DNA of 52,679 nucleotides from Bacteroidota bacterium (GCA_013288905.1 JABDAW010000003.1:1-52679); one strand, 5' to 3'. Counted from the first letter of the stretch, positions 25,721 to 36,066 are shown. The notes: generated by a model not told the origin, from the sequence alone. Numbers and translations: made by a program.

Positions 25721-28700
25721 ATGAATACCCGCCTCCTTATCGTCATCCTCACCTCTGCCATCTGCCATCTTACCTCTTCCATCCAAGCCCAGGATAATCT
25801 TGTAACGAATGTAAAATTCCATTCCATAGGTCCCTCCATCATGAGCGGAAGGGTGGTGGATGTGGATGTTTGCCCCGATGATCCTACGCATTTTTATGTC
25901 GCTTATGCCTCCGGTGGCTTGTGGGTTACTTATAATAACGGGCAGAGTTTTGAGCCGCTCTTCGACCATGAGGCAGTGATGACTATCGGCGATATTGCTG
26001 TGGATTGGAAGCATGGCGAAACCATCTGGATTGGTACGGGAGAGAACAATTCGAGTCGCTCTTCTTATGCCGGTCTTGGCATGTATAAGAGCACCGATAA
26101 AGGCAAGACCTGGCAGCATAAAGGCTTGGAAGATTCACATCATATCGGGCGGGTTATCCTTGATACTAATGATGATGCTGGTCGGGATTTGCAATCCCGT
26201 CCCATATATGTAGCGGTTATCGGGCATCTTTTCACGCCCAATGATGAACGTGGAGTTTTCAAATCTACCGATGGCGGCAACACCTGGAAGAAGACTTTAT
26301 TTGTTGATAATAACACTGGTGCGATTGATTTAATTATGGATCCTTCCAACCATAATATTCTCTATGCAGCGATGTGGCATCGTGAACGAAAGCCCTGGAA
26401 TCTAAAGGAAAGTGGAGCATCATCAGGCATTTATAAAAGCATGGATGCAGGCGAGACTTGGACCTTGATGACTACTAAAGAAAGCGGCTTCCCTACCGGT
26501 GAAGGTGTTGGCAGAATAGGGCTTTCCATTTATGCTGGAGATATGGAGCAAGTTATTAATCCTTCAAAAGGGAATAATAAAGATGATGACAATTCCAAGC
26601 CCAAGCATGTCATGACGAAGTTTGTGCCTCGTCCCATCTATGCTGTGGTTGATAATCACGACCTTCGTGAGAAGAAAAAAGATGATAAAAAGAAGGGCTT
26701 GACGAAGGATACTTTAAGAACAATGTCCAAGGAATCTTTCCTTTCTTTGAAAGATTCTTTGATAGAAAAGTATCTCAAGGATAATGATTTCGATGAGGAA
26801 TATTCTGTAGAGCGGGTTAAGAATATGATTCGCACAGACAGCATCAAACCCGCAGCCCTTGTGGAATATCTCGAAGATGAGAACGCCCAATTATTCGATA
26901 CAGAGATTAAAGGTGCAGAGGTTTATCGCTCTGATGATGCCGGCAAGACCTGGAAGAAAACCCATGAAGGTTACCTCGATCATGTCTTCAATACTTATGG
27001 ATATTATTTTGGTCAGATACGGGTTTCCGCTACGCGGGATTTGCAATCCAGCGACCTTAAGATTTATATCTATGGAGTTCCTTTCCTGAAGTCGGAAGAT
27101 GGCGGCAAGACCTTCAAGTCCATTGATGCGGCGAATACGCATGGAGATTATCATGCCCTGTGGCTGAATCCCAACAGGGACGGGCATCTTATTGTAGGTA
27201 ATGACGGTGGCATCAACATTTCTTATGATGATGGCAAGACTTATTTTAAAGCAAATACTCCTGCCGTCGGACAGTTTTATTCCGTGAATGTGGACATGGA
27301 AAAGCCCTACAATGTCTATGGTGGCTTGCAGGATAATGGCGTCTGGTATGGTCCCTCGACCAACAAAGAAAACACCGGCTGGCATGAAGAAGGCGAGTAT
27401 CCTTTCAAGAGAATTATGGGTGGCGATGGCATGCAGGTAGTCGTGGATACCCGCGACAACGCTACTGTCTACACAGGTTATCAGTTCGGGAATTATTTCA
27501 GAGTGAATAGAAATACTGGAGAAAACAAATACATCACTCCAAAGCATAAGTTAGGCGAAAGACCTCTGCGCTGGAACTGGCAAGCACCCATCTGGCTCTC
27601 CAAACACAATCAGGATATTGTTTATTTCGGCAGTAATAAATTCCATCGTGCCATGAACAAAGGCAATGACTTCCAGACCCTCACCGGAGACCTTACTAAT
27701 GGCGGTATCAAAGGGAATGTGCCTTATGGAACCATTACAGCCATTACTGAAAGCCCTCTTAAATTCGGCTTGCTTTATTGCGGGACAGATGACGGGAATG
27801 TTTATAGATCGGATGATGTGGGTTATAACTGGAAGAAGATTACACAAGACTTAAGGCGTAATTTATCTGACCACTTTGATATTGAAATGGAAATTAGAGA
27901 TGTAAATCCAGAGTTAAAAGCAACAACTCCTAAAGAAGGATTTACCTGCACATTATATTTAAGTCGAATAATTGCATCTTCATTTGATACTAGCACTGTC
28001 TATTTATCTTTCAATGGAAAAATATTTGATGATTTCAAAGCCTATCTATTTAAGTCTGATGATTATGGAAATGCTTTTAAACCTATTGGAACAGATTTAC
28101 CAAATGAACCAATCAACGTTGTAAAAGAAGACCCGAAGAATAAAAACATTCTCTATGTAGGCACCGACCATGGCGTGTATGTCTCCTTAAATAAAGGCAA
28201 GAACTTCATGAAGATGACGGGTGATTTCCCGAATGTGGCGGTGCATGATTTGGTGATTCATCCAAGAGATAATGACCTGGTGGTGGGCACTCATGGGCGT
28301 TCTATCTACATTGCCCATGTCGGCGAGTTGCAGCAATTGAATGATACTTTGATGGCTAAGGATATATCTATTTTCAAGATAGATGCCATTCATTACAACA
28401 AGAACTTAGGCAAGATTCCTAATCAATGGAGCGAGCCACATGAGACCAAAAAGCAATTCGCATTCTATGTAAAAGAAAAAGGAATATCTACCCTGCGCAT
28501 CAAGACAGATAAAGACCTTTTATTAAAGGAAATAAAAGATACCAGTGCTGCCGGCTTGAATTATGTGAACTATGATTTAAGCATTGATTCCACAAATCTT
28601 TCCAAGTATCAAACCTTCATTAACGAAAACAAGAAACTTAATGATGAAGAAAAGAAAATAGAGCGTGCCGATAATAAAAAGTATTACCTCAAGCCTGGAA

Positions 28701-28819
28701 AATATATCCTTGAAATAGAAACTCAAAAAGGAATTAAATCCAAACAGGAATTCATCATTAAAACCGAGGATAAGAAGGAAGGGCATGAAGGAATTCCAAA
28801 GCCATTGGATAAAGATTAA
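25721..28819 (+). CDS. secreted BNR/Asp-box (sortilin/VPS10-like) beta-propeller repeat protein
   Basis: Signal peptide. Repeated S-x-D-x-G-x-T-W Asp-boxes (STDKGKTW, STDGGNTW, SMDAGETW, SDDAGKTW, SEDGGKTF...). Confidence 0.8.
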   Translation: MNTRLLIVILTSAICHLTSSIQAQDNLVTNVKFHSIGPSIMSGRVVDVDVCPDDPTHFYVAYASGGLWVTYNNGQSFEPLFDHEAVMTIGDIAVDWKHGETIWIGTGENNSSRSSYAGLGMYKSTDKGKTWQHKGLEDSHHIGRVILDTNDDAGRDLQSRPIYVAVIGHLFTPNDERGVFKSTDGGNTWKKTLFVDNNTGAIDLIMDPSNHNILYAAMWHRERKPWNLKESGASSGIYKSMDAGETWTLMTTKESGFPTGEGVGRIGLSIYAGDMEQVINPSKGNNKDDDNSKPKHVMTKFVPRPIYAVVDNHDLREKKKDDKKKGLTKDTLRTMSKESFLSLKDSLIEKYLKDNDFDEEYSVERVKNMIRTDSIKPAALVEYLEDENAQLFDTEIKGAEVYRSDDAGKTWKKTHEGYLDHVFNTYGYYFGQIRVSATRDLQSSDLKIYIYGVPFLKSEDGGKTFKSIDAANTHGDYHALWLNPNRDGHLIVGNDGGINISYDDGKTYFKANTPAVGQFYSVNVDMEKPYNVYGGLQDNGVWYGPSTNKENTGWHEEGEYPFKRIMGGDGMQVVVDTRDNATVYTGYQFGNYFRVNRNTGENKYITPKHKLGERPLRWNWQAPIWLSKHNQDIVYFGSNKFHRAMNKGNDFQTLTGDLTNGGIKGNVPYGTITAITESPLKFGLLYCGTDDGNVYRSDDVGYNWKKITQDLRRNLSDHFDIEMEIRDVNPELKATTPKEGFTCTLYLSRIIASSFDTSTVYLSFNGKIFDDFKAYLFKSDDYGNAFKPIGTDLPNEPINVVKEDPKNKNILYVGTDHGVYVSLNKGKNFMKMTGDFPNVAVHDLVIHPRDNDLVVGTHGRSIYIAHVGELQQLNDTLMAKDISIFKIDAIHYNKNLGKIPNQWSEPHETKKQFAFYVKEKGISTLRIKTDKDLLLKEIKDTSAAGLNYVNYDLSIDSTNLSKYQTFINENKKLNDEEKKIERADNKKYYLKPGKYILEIETQKGIKSKQEFIIKTEDKKEGHEGIPKPLDKD

Positions 28820-28848
28820 TGAATTTCATTAAAAGGTGTATCTTTTGC

Positions 28849-29085
28849 TCCGAAAACTGTTTCTATCGTTCCGAAAGCTGTTTCTATTGTTCCGAAAGCT
28901 GTTTCTATCGTTCCGAAAGCTGTTTCTATCGTTCCAATAGCTGTTTCTATTACTCCGAAAGATGTTTCTTCTGCTCCAAAAGATGTTTCTTCTGCTCCAA
29001 AAGATGCATCTTTTACTCCAAAAGATGCATCTTTTACTCCAATAGAAGCATCTTTTGGAACGATAGAAGCATCTTTTGCTCTTGA
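28849..29085. repeat. tandem array C: about 11 x 21-bp units drifting from TCCGAAAGCTGTTTCTATCGT to TCCAAAAGATGCATCTTTTAC
   Basis: TCCGAAA/TCCAAAA recurs at 28849, 28870, 28891, 28912, 28933, 28954, 28975, 28996, 29017 and 29038, with a degenerate unit at 29059. Confidence 0.9.
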
Positions 29086-29166
29086 ATTTATACCTAAATT
29101 TAGCAAGGGGTCTTTTATCATCATCTTTTTTTTAACAAAAAAGGTTTCTATTGATAAAAAAATTTG

Positions 29167-29174
29167 TAGTTTTG
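29167..29174 (+). promoter_or_regulatory. -7 promoter box TAGTTTTG
   Basis: 60 bp upstream of the ATG at 29234, between array C and the gene. Confidence 0.45.
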
Positions 29175-29233
29175 TCCTCGCAAAAATAAATATAAAATCT
29201 AATAAAAAGTAAACTAAATTAAATTAAAAAGAA

Positions 29234-30154
29234 ATGAGAAAAACAGTACTTATCGCAGCATTAATTTGCTTATTCGCTATGCCATTCGCCTACGGGCAGG
29301 CAATCCCTGATCAAGGTTTTGAAACCTGGACGACACATGGGACAACTTTTACCTACCAGGTTCCAACCGGTTGGGCTACCATTGATTCATTTACCTCGCA
29401 GGCTGCTGTTGTCGGATTGGTATCACAAGATTCTTTTTATCATCACGGCGGAAATTATTCTATTAAACTTCAAAGCAAAACTGTTATTACAGCGGTTGTG
29501 CCTGGTGCAGCATGCTCTGGAATTATTCATCTTGTGAGTCCTTCACCACTTACTTACACTATTCTTGGGGGGTTTCCTGTGTCCGCAAAGCCAAATTTCT
29601 TAGCCGGATGGTTCAGGGATTCATTGCCTGGTGTTGACACCTCTTATATCGTTGCCTTTTTCACCAAGTGGGATACCAATTTGGGCAAAAGAGATACTGT
29701 TGCCTATGGCGGTTTAGCTATAGATTCAAATCATTTGTCATGGACACCTTTTCAATTGGCTATTCTTAGTGATTCTTTGAATCCGGTAACTCCTGATACG
29801 GGTGTAGTAGTGTTTTATTCAGGAAAAGGATCCGGCGGAGTTGTCGGTTCTACATTGTGGGTTGATGACCTTGGTTTCACAACTGGGATAGGTGAATTAG
29901 ATCCACTTAATGGGAATTATGACCTATATCCTAACCCTGCTTCTCAAAATCTTTATATCGTGAATAATAACCTTTTCAAGAAAATTTCAATTATCAATGT
30001 TTATGATGAAATGGGCAGGAAGGTGAATACTTCTAACTTGAATGAAGATGTTTCGGTACTGAATGTAAAATCATTATCGGCAGGGATCTATTTCTATCAG
30101 ATTGTAAGCCTTAATCAAACGCTGCTCAAGACCGGAAAGTTTATTGTTGAATAA
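29234..30154 (+). CDS. secreted protein with T9SS C-terminal sorting domain
   Basis: Signal peptide. C-terminal YPNPASQNLYI...GIYFYQIV...GKFIVE. Confidence 0.7.
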   Translation: MRKTVLIAALICLFAMPFAYGQAIPDQGFETWTTHGTTFTYQVPTGWATIDSFTSQAAVVGLVSQDSFYHHGGNYSIKLQSKTVITAVVPGAACSGIIHLVSPSPLTYTILGGFPVSAKPNFLAGWFRDSLPGVDTSYIVAFFTKWDTNLGKRDTVAYGGLAIDSNHLSWTPFQLAILSDSLNPVTPDTGVVVFYSGKGSGGVVGSTLWVDDLGFTTGIGELDPLNGNYDLYPNPASQNLYIVNNNLFKKISIINVYDEMGRKVNTSNLNEDVSVLNVKSLSAGIYFYQIVSLNQTLLKTGKFIVE

Positions 30155-30172
30155 TTTATTCTGAATTATTCA

Positions 30173-31261
30173 ATGAAAATACTGCTTTCATTCTTTACAA
30201 TAGTTTTATCCATTGCTGTTACCGAAGGACAGATTACTCTTCATCAGTCTGACTTTGGAACCATTGGTTATACTGCCATTCAAAACAATGATACCCTCCC
30301 GGCAAATACGATACATGTAGGAAATCCCAGTTCACTTCAGCAGAGCTGGGATTTCACTACATTGCATAATCATTACCAGGATACCATTTACTTTATAAGC
30401 ATTGATTCGACAAATTATCCTCTTGATTTCTCGACATCTGATATTGCTTATTGGGCGACTGATGATGGCGCTTATAATTTCATCAACTCCTCCCCGACCG
30501 GCATCATTGCTAATGGTCAGGGTCTGGACAGCGGTTATTTATCGAATACCACTCCCAATCAAGCAGTGGTTCTGCATCCGTCTGAAACTTATTTGAATTT
30601 CCCGACAACTTATAATTCGACCTTCAGTGGAACGACACATTTTGTGGTAACTATAGATACTACTTTCTCCTGGTTTCCTTTTACGGTAGATACTGCGAGA
30701 GATACCAGTACCACTGTATATAGTTCTACCTTTGATGCCTGGGGAACGGTTACCACGCCACTCGGAACCTTCAATTGTATCCGTCAGAGATATGTGGAAT
30801 ATCATTACGACACCGTTTGGATTCATTTTGATACTGTAAATATTTGGGGACAAACAAATCCATCTGTAGATTCAACACTTACTTATCGCTGGTTCACGAA
30901 TAACAAAGGCTTTGCTTTAGTGGAAATAGACATGGATTCTGCCTGGGCAAATCCTAATTATGTCACCTGGCTGGCAAGTTCTAATTTCACGACTTCTATT
31001 ACTGAAATTCCCAATAATCTTTCCAAATTCTCCATCTACCCTAACCCTGCCAATGATGAATTGAATATCCTGAATCCTTCAATGGAAGGTGCCTTCATGA
31101 TCATCTATGATTTGATGGGAAGGGAAATGGACAAGGTTTATCTGAATGAAAGATTAACAAAAATCAATACTTCAAATTACTCAAACGGTCTCTATTCTTA
31201 CCACGTATTCAATACCAAAACAGAATCTCTATTAACAGGAAAATTTATAATTAACAAATAA
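30173..31261 (+). CDS. secreted protein with T9SS C-terminal sorting domain
   Basis: Signal peptide. C-terminal YPNPANDELNI...GLYSYHV...GKFIINK. Paralog of the next gene. Confidence 0.7.
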   Translation: MKILLSFFTIVLSIAVTEGQITLHQSDFGTIGYTAIQNNDTLPANTIHVGNPSSLQQSWDFTTLHNHYQDTIYFISIDSTNYPLDFSTSDIAYWATDDGAYNFINSSPTGIIANGQGLDSGYLSNTTPNQAVVLHPSETYLNFPTTYNSTFSGTTHFVVTIDTTFSWFPFTVDTARDTSTTVYSSTFDAWGTVTTPLGTFNCIRQRYVEYHYDTVWIHFDTVNIWGQTNPSVDSTLTYRWFTNNKGFALVEIDMDSAWANPNYVTWLASSNFTTSITEIPNNLSKFSIYPNPANDELNILNPSMEGAFMIIYDLMGREMDKVYLNERLTKINTSNYSNGLYSYHVFNTKTESLLTGKFIINK

Positions 31262-31272
31262 AATATTTTATA

Positions 31273-32409
31273 ATGAAAAGTACCTTTACAATTATTGCCA
31301 TCCTGCTTTGCACCTTATTCGTCAAAGCCCAAATTACCATTACCAGAGCAGACTTTGGTAATATCTATTTCCATGCTGTTCAGGCTAATGACCTGAATGT
31401 GGATACTTCCATTCATGTTGGAAATGCCAGTGCTACTGCACAAACCTGGAACTTTGCTACTCTTCATGATAGCATTGATGACTCTCTTCAATTTATGAGT
31501 GTAGCTGCTACCCCTTACTCCAGTAGTTTTGGGGCGGCGAATCTTGCATTCACTCAAAACAATAATCCAGGAGTTGTTGAATTTGTCAATGCCTCTGCCG
31601 CTTCTTTGGTTATCAATGGTGAAGGATTTGATTCTGCCTATTGGAGTTCTCATACTCCTGCGGAAGCTGTTGTAGTTACTCCCCCTCAAATCCTTCTGAA
31701 CTTTCCCACAACTTATAATTCTGCATTTAATGATTCTTCAACTTACCAAGTTATTATTGATAGCTCCTTCGAATACAACTATCAAAATTTTGTTACTGTT
31801 CCTATTGATACTATTCAGATTCGAAACAAAACAACCTATCATTCTGTTATTGATGCATGGGGAAGCATTACTACTCCTTCAGGAACATATAATTGTCTTC
31901 GCCAAAAATATACTGAATACTCTGTTGATACTGTTTGGGTATATGTTGATACTACTATTTCATTAATCTCTCTAACTCCAAGCTGGCAAAACCCAGGTAT
32001 TATCATAGTTGATTCTACACTTAAGTATCGTTGGTTTGCCAGTGCACAAGGCTTCACCCTTGCGGAAATAGATATGGCTCCTGATACTACCACTCATACA
32101 TGGAGCCCTTCTCAAGCAAGCTGGCTGAAATCATCCAATACAGGTATCAATAATATCACAACTATTAACTCCCCTATTTCCATCTACCCTAACCCTGCTA
32201 CTTCAGAAATCAATGTTCTGAATACCTCGAATGGTGCGGTAATGATTGCCATCTATGATATGATGGGAAGTAAGGTTAATGAGCAATTATTAACAGATAG
32301 AATTACCAATATCTCTACTTCGAAATATGCCGCAGGAATCTATTCCTATCGTGTTTTGGATGTAAATAACATTGCTGTTTCTTCAGGGAAATTCAGCATC
32401 GTGAAGTAA
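31273..32409 (+). CDS. secreted protein with T9SS C-terminal sorting domain (paralog of 30173..31261)
   Basis: Collinear similarity to the previous gene (ITxxxxDFG..., HVGNxS, LNFPTTYNS, YRWF). C-terminal YPNPATSEINV...GIYSYRV. Confidence 0.7.
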   Translation: MKSTFTIIAILLCTLFVKAQITITRADFGNIYFHAVQANDLNVDTSIHVGNASATAQTWNFATLHDSIDDSLQFMSVAATPYSSSFGAANLAFTQNNNPGVVEFVNASAASLVINGEGFDSAYWSSHTPAEAVVVTPPQILLNFPTTYNSAFNDSSTYQVIIDSSFEYNYQNFVTVPIDTIQIRNKTTYHSVIDAWGSITTPSGTYNCLRQKYTEYSVDTVWVYVDTTISLISLTPSWQNPGIIIVDSTLKYRWFASAQGFTLAEIDMAPDTTTHTWSPSQASWLKSSNTGINNITTINSPISIYPNPATSEINVLNTSNGAVMIAIYDMMGSKVNEQLLTDRITNISTSKYAAGIYSYRVLDVNNIAVSSGKFSIVK

Positions 32410-32434
32410 AATAACTTAACCCTTAGACCAATAA

Positions 32435-32473
32435 GAAAGCCCTTCGATTAAGTTCGAAGGGCTTTCGTTTTTT
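32435..32473. terminator. bidirectional rho-independent terminator
   Basis: Perfect 13-bp stem GAAAGCCCTTCGA/TCGAAGGGCTTTC with 6-nt loop and a T-run. Lies between convergent genes. Confidence 0.8.
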
Positions 32474-32489
32474 AGGGGAATTCACAAAA

Positions 32490-33485
32490 TCAAAAGGCTT
32501 TAAACCCTATTATTTCTCTCACTTCTTTAACGGTCTTTCTGCTGCTTTCATGGGCTTTCTCGGCACCTTGTTTTACGACTTTATTGATGTAATCATTATT
32601 CTTGGAGAGGTCGGTAATTCTTTCTCTGAAAGGGGTTGTGAAGGTTACCATATCCTCTGCCAATTGCTTCTTCAAATCGCCATACCGCACCTTCATGGAA
32701 TTATATTGTTCATCGAAAAAGGCAACAGTTTCGGGGGATGAAACAACTTTCATGAGGGTAAATAGATTCTCAACCGCTTCCGGTTTCTTTTGATTCGGCT
32801 CTGTGGGACCTGCATCGGTAACTGCTTTCATCACTTTCTTTCTGATTATTTCTGGCGTGTCGGCAAGAAAAACGGCATTGCCCTCTCCTTCAGATTTACC
32901 CATCTTGCCGTTTCCATCCAAACCGGGAATCTTCACTAATTCAGTACCAAAATTAAAGGCGACAGGCTCCGGAAAATACTCCACTTCATAAATCCTGTTG
33001 AAGCGATTACCAAACTGTCTCGTCATTTCAAGATGTTGCTCCTGATCTTTGCCGACGGGCACTTTATTAGCCCTATGAATCAATATATCGGCAGCCATCA
33101 GGACGGGATATGTCAATAGCCCAGCATTGATATTATCAGAATGCTGCCTGATCTTTTCTTTGAAAGAAGTGCAGCGTTCCAGCTCGCCGACATAGGCATT
33201 CATATTCATTAAAAGATATAATTCGGCTGTCTCGGGAAGGTCACTTTGAATATAAATCGTTGCTGCTTCAGGGTCTATTCCACAGGCAAGATATTCCACA
33301 AGAACCTGCTTGACGGTATCATGCAAATCCTTAGGATGGGGATGCGTGGTCAGGGAATGATAATCTGCAATAAAAAAGAAACAACGGTATTCATGCTGCA
33401 TCTTGAGGAAATTCTTTATTGCCCCGAAATAATTCCCCAAATGAAGGTTCCCTGTCGAACGAATACCACTGACTACTGTTTCCAT
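32490..33485 (-). CDS. trpS: tryptophan--tRNA ligase
   Basis: Class-I aaRS motifs (GNYFGA HIGH-like, KMGKS). TrpRS length. Confidence 0.9.
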   Translation of the reverse strand: METVVSGIRSTGNLHLGNYFGAIKNFLKMQHEYRCFFFIADYHSLTTHPHPKDLHDTVKQVLVEYLACGIDPEAATIYIQSDLPETAELYLLMNMNAYVGELERCTSFKEKIRQHSDNINAGLLTYPVLMAADILIHRANKVPVGKDQEQHLEMTRQFGNRFNRIYEVEYFPEPVAFNFGTELVKIPGLDGNGKMGKSEGEGNAVFLADTPEIIRKKVMKAVTDAGPTEPNQKKPEAVENLFTLMKVVSSPETVAFFDEQYNSMKVRYGDLKKQLAEDMVTFTTPFRERITDLSKNNDYINKVVKQGAEKAHESSRKTVKEVREIIGFKAF

Positions 33486-33918
33486 TGTATGCTATTTTGA
33501 TTTGTTATTAAGGCTGCAAAATTAGTAAAAATGGGAAAGGTGGGTTGGCTGAAGCCATTAAATTCAAGAATTATAATGAGAAAAGTCCGGAATAAGGACT
33601 TATATGAAAGTAGCCTAGCATTGGATTAGAATAATATTGATTATCCGTACAATCGCACATAAATGCAAAATAAAAGAGCTTTGTACGATGATTTTTAAAA
33701 CCTTCTATATAACTCGAATCTATTCCGTTGAAAATCAAGTACTATAAATTGGAGTTATTATTTTCAAAACACAAGGCGAAACGGCTTGTCGGGGGACTTT
33801 CAAGCAATATACTTGGCAAAGTTTTATATCTATTATTATATCACGCAAAGATTAGAAATTATTAAAACTAATCATCTGAATTTTCATTTACCCTTTTCTC
33901 ATTATTCCGCATTTTAAG

Positions 33919-33926
33919 TAGATTTG
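33919..33926 (+). promoter_or_regulatory. -7 promoter box TAGATTTG
   Basis: 26 bp upstream of the purQ ATG. Confidence 0.5.
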
Positions 33927-33951
33927 CAGCGAAATAAATAATAATAGAATT

Positions 33952-34647
33952 ATGAAATTTGGTGTTGTAATTTTTCCCGGCTCAAACTGTGATCAGGATA
34001 TGATTTATGTCTTGAAAGACCTTATGGAGCTTGATGTTGTGGAGCTTTGGCATAAAGACCATGACTTACAAAAATGCGATGTAATCATCCTTCCCGGAGG
34101 CTTTGCTTTCGGCGATTATCTAAGGTCTGGAGCTATTGCTCGCTTCTCTCCGATTATGGAAAGCGTGATAAAGTTTGCTGATAGAGGCGGACTTGTCTTT
34201 GGTATCTGCAATGGCTTCCAGGTATTGTGTGAAGCGGGTTTGCTGCCTGGTGCTTTGCTGCATAATTCCAATCAGAAATTCATTTGCAAGAATGTATTCA
34301 TCAAAGCTCAAACTTATGATGCTTTGGTAACTTCGATGATTGAACATGGGCAGGTTCTCAAGGTGCCTATTGCGCATGGCGAAGGTTCTTATTATGCTGA
34401 TGAAGCCACGCTCAAGATGCTGAATGATAAAAGACAAATCCTGTTTCGGTATTGTGATGCCGATGGAAATATTACTCCCGAATCTAATCCTAATGGTTCC
34501 ATCGAAAACATTGCAGGAGTATGTAATGAGGGTCGGAATGTCTTTGGAATGATGCCGCATCCGGAGCGTGCATCGGATAATGAATTAGGAAATACGGATG
34601 GAAAAATCATCCTTGAATCTTTATTAAACGCTGTTTTAAAATTTTAA
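33952..34647 (+). CDS. purQ: phosphoribosylformylglycinamidine synthase subunit PurQ
   Basis: Class-I glutamine amidotransferase (GICNGFQ, MPHPER). Confidence 0.9.
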   Translation: MKFGVVIFPGSNCDQDMIYVLKDLMELDVVELWHKDHDLQKCDVIILPGGFAFGDYLRSGAIARFSPIMESVIKFADRGGLVFGICNGFQVLCEAGLLPGALLHNSNQKFICKNVFIKAQTYDALVTSMIEHGQVLKVPIAHGEGSYYADEATLKMLNDKRQILFRYCDADGNITPESNPNGSIENIAGVCNEGRNVFGMMPHPERASDNELGNTDGKIILESLLNAVLKF

Positions 34648-34656
34648 TATCCCATT

Positions 34657-36054
34657 ATGCATCCATTAAAAAGAACCCCTATTAAAGACCTGCTTCATGC
34701 CAAGGAATTCAACATTGAGGTGAATGTAAAAGGCTGGGTACGCACCAAGCGTGGCAACAAATCCTTAGCCTTCATTAACCTCAATGATGGCTCTATCATT
34801 CATGGAATTCAAGTCGTGGCAGAGCTTGCCAACTTCGATGAGAACATCATTAAATTAATCACTACTGGCTCTTGCATTTCTGTTACGGGCACTTTGGTTC
34901 AGAGCCAGGGACAAGGACAGGCTGTAGAAATTCAAGCCAAGAATATTGAAGTTTATGGCACTGCTGATGCCGAAGTTTATCCGCTTCAAAAGAAAGGTCA
35001 TACCTTGGAATTCCTTAGAGAGATAGCTCATCTTCGCCCACGCACCAATACTTTCGGGGCGGTGCTTCGCATTCGTCATGCGATGTCTTATGCCATTCAC
35101 AAATATTTTAATGATAATGGTTTTTACAATATTCATTCACCAATTATCACTGGTTCGGATGCCGAAGGTGCGGGTGCTATGTTTCGTGTTACGACGCTTG
35201 ATGCGATGAATCCTCCCAAGACCAAGGAAGGCGGTATTGATTATGCCGAAGATTTCTTTGGCAAGGAAACCAACCTCACTGTTTCCGGGCAATTGGAGGC
35301 AGAGTTGGCGGCATTGGCTCTTACAAAAGTTTATACTTTTGGTCCTACATTTCGAGCAGAGAATTCAAATACTGCAAGGCATCTTGCCGAGTTCTGGATG
35401 ATAGAGCCGGAGGTTGCTTTCAATGACTTGAATGATAACATGGACCTTGCCGAAGACTTCTTGAAATACCTCATTAATTATGCCCTCACACATTGCATGG
35501 ATGATTTGGAATTCCTGGAGAAGATGTACGAAAACGAATTGCTTTCCCGTCTGCGTTTTGTGGTGAATGAAAACTTCGAAAGATTGCATTATACCCAAGC
35601 TGTCGAGATATTGAAAGAGTGCGGGCATCCCTTTGAATTCCCGGTAGATTGGGGTGCCGACTTGCAATCTGAACATGAGCGTTATTTGGTCGAGAAGCAT
35701 TTCAAACGCCCTGTCATTCTGACCCATTATCCCAAACAAATCAAAGCCTTCTACATGAAGCAAAGCGAGGATGGCAAGACCGTGAAGGCGATGGATGTTT
35801 TATTCCCGGGCATCGGCGAAATCATCGGTGGCTCGCAGCGGGAGGAAGATCATGATAAACTTTTGACTCGCATCCGTGAGATGGGTATTCATGAGAAAGA
35901 TGTGTGGTGGTATCTCGAAACCCGCAAATATGGCACCTGCCCTCATGCCGGTTTCGGATTGGGCTTCGAGCGACTGATATTATTCGTAACAGGAATGGGA
36001 AATATCCGCGATGTGATTCCATTCCCAAGGACTCCGAAGAACGCGGAGTTTTAA
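34657..36054 (+). CDS. asnS: asparagine--tRNA ligase
   Basis: OB anticodon-binding domain plus class-IIb catalytic core ([15 protein letters not shown]). Confidence 0.9.
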   Translation: MHPLKRTPIKDLLHAKEFNIEVNVKGWVRTKRGNKSLAFINLNDGSIIHGIQVVAELANFDENIIKLITTGSCISVTGTLVQSQGQGQAVEIQAKNIEVYGTADAEVYPLQKKGHTLEFLREIAHLRPRTNTFGAVLRIRHAMSYAIHKYFNDNGFYNIHSPIITGSDAEGAGAMFRVTTLDAMNPPKTKEGGIDYAEDFFGKETNLTVSGQLEAELAALALTKVYTFGPTFRAENSNTARHLAEFWMIEPEVAFNDLNDNMDLAEDFLKYLINYALTHCMDDLEFLEKMYENELLSRLRFVVNENFERLHYTQAVEILKECGHPFEFPVDWGADLQSEHERYLVEKHFKRPVILTHYPKQIKAFYMKQSEDGKTVKAMDVLFPGIGEIIGGSQREEDHDKLLTRIREMGIHEKDVWWYLETRKYGTCPHAGFGLGFERLILFVTGMGNIRDVIPFPRTPKNAEF

Positions 36055-36066
36055 ATTAAGAGCAAA

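Noticed and set aside
26891-27547. Long antisense ORFs inside large genes: 26891..27547(-), 45008..45688(-), 34120..34560(-), 51534..52052(+), 4922..5266(-) and 7396..7803(-).
   Set aside because: These are shadow frames opposite well-supported conserved genes, with low-complexity or odd composition. There is no independent support.
33486-33951. A 466-bp intergenic region between trpS and purQ as a possible ncRNA, riboswitch or T-box.
   Set aside because: The region is very AT-rich with only trivial short stems. I recognised no T-box specifier or antiterminator pattern and no purine-riboswitch pattern. The only notable items are the purQ -7 box and a fragment of the GTTGGCTGAAGCCA repeat.
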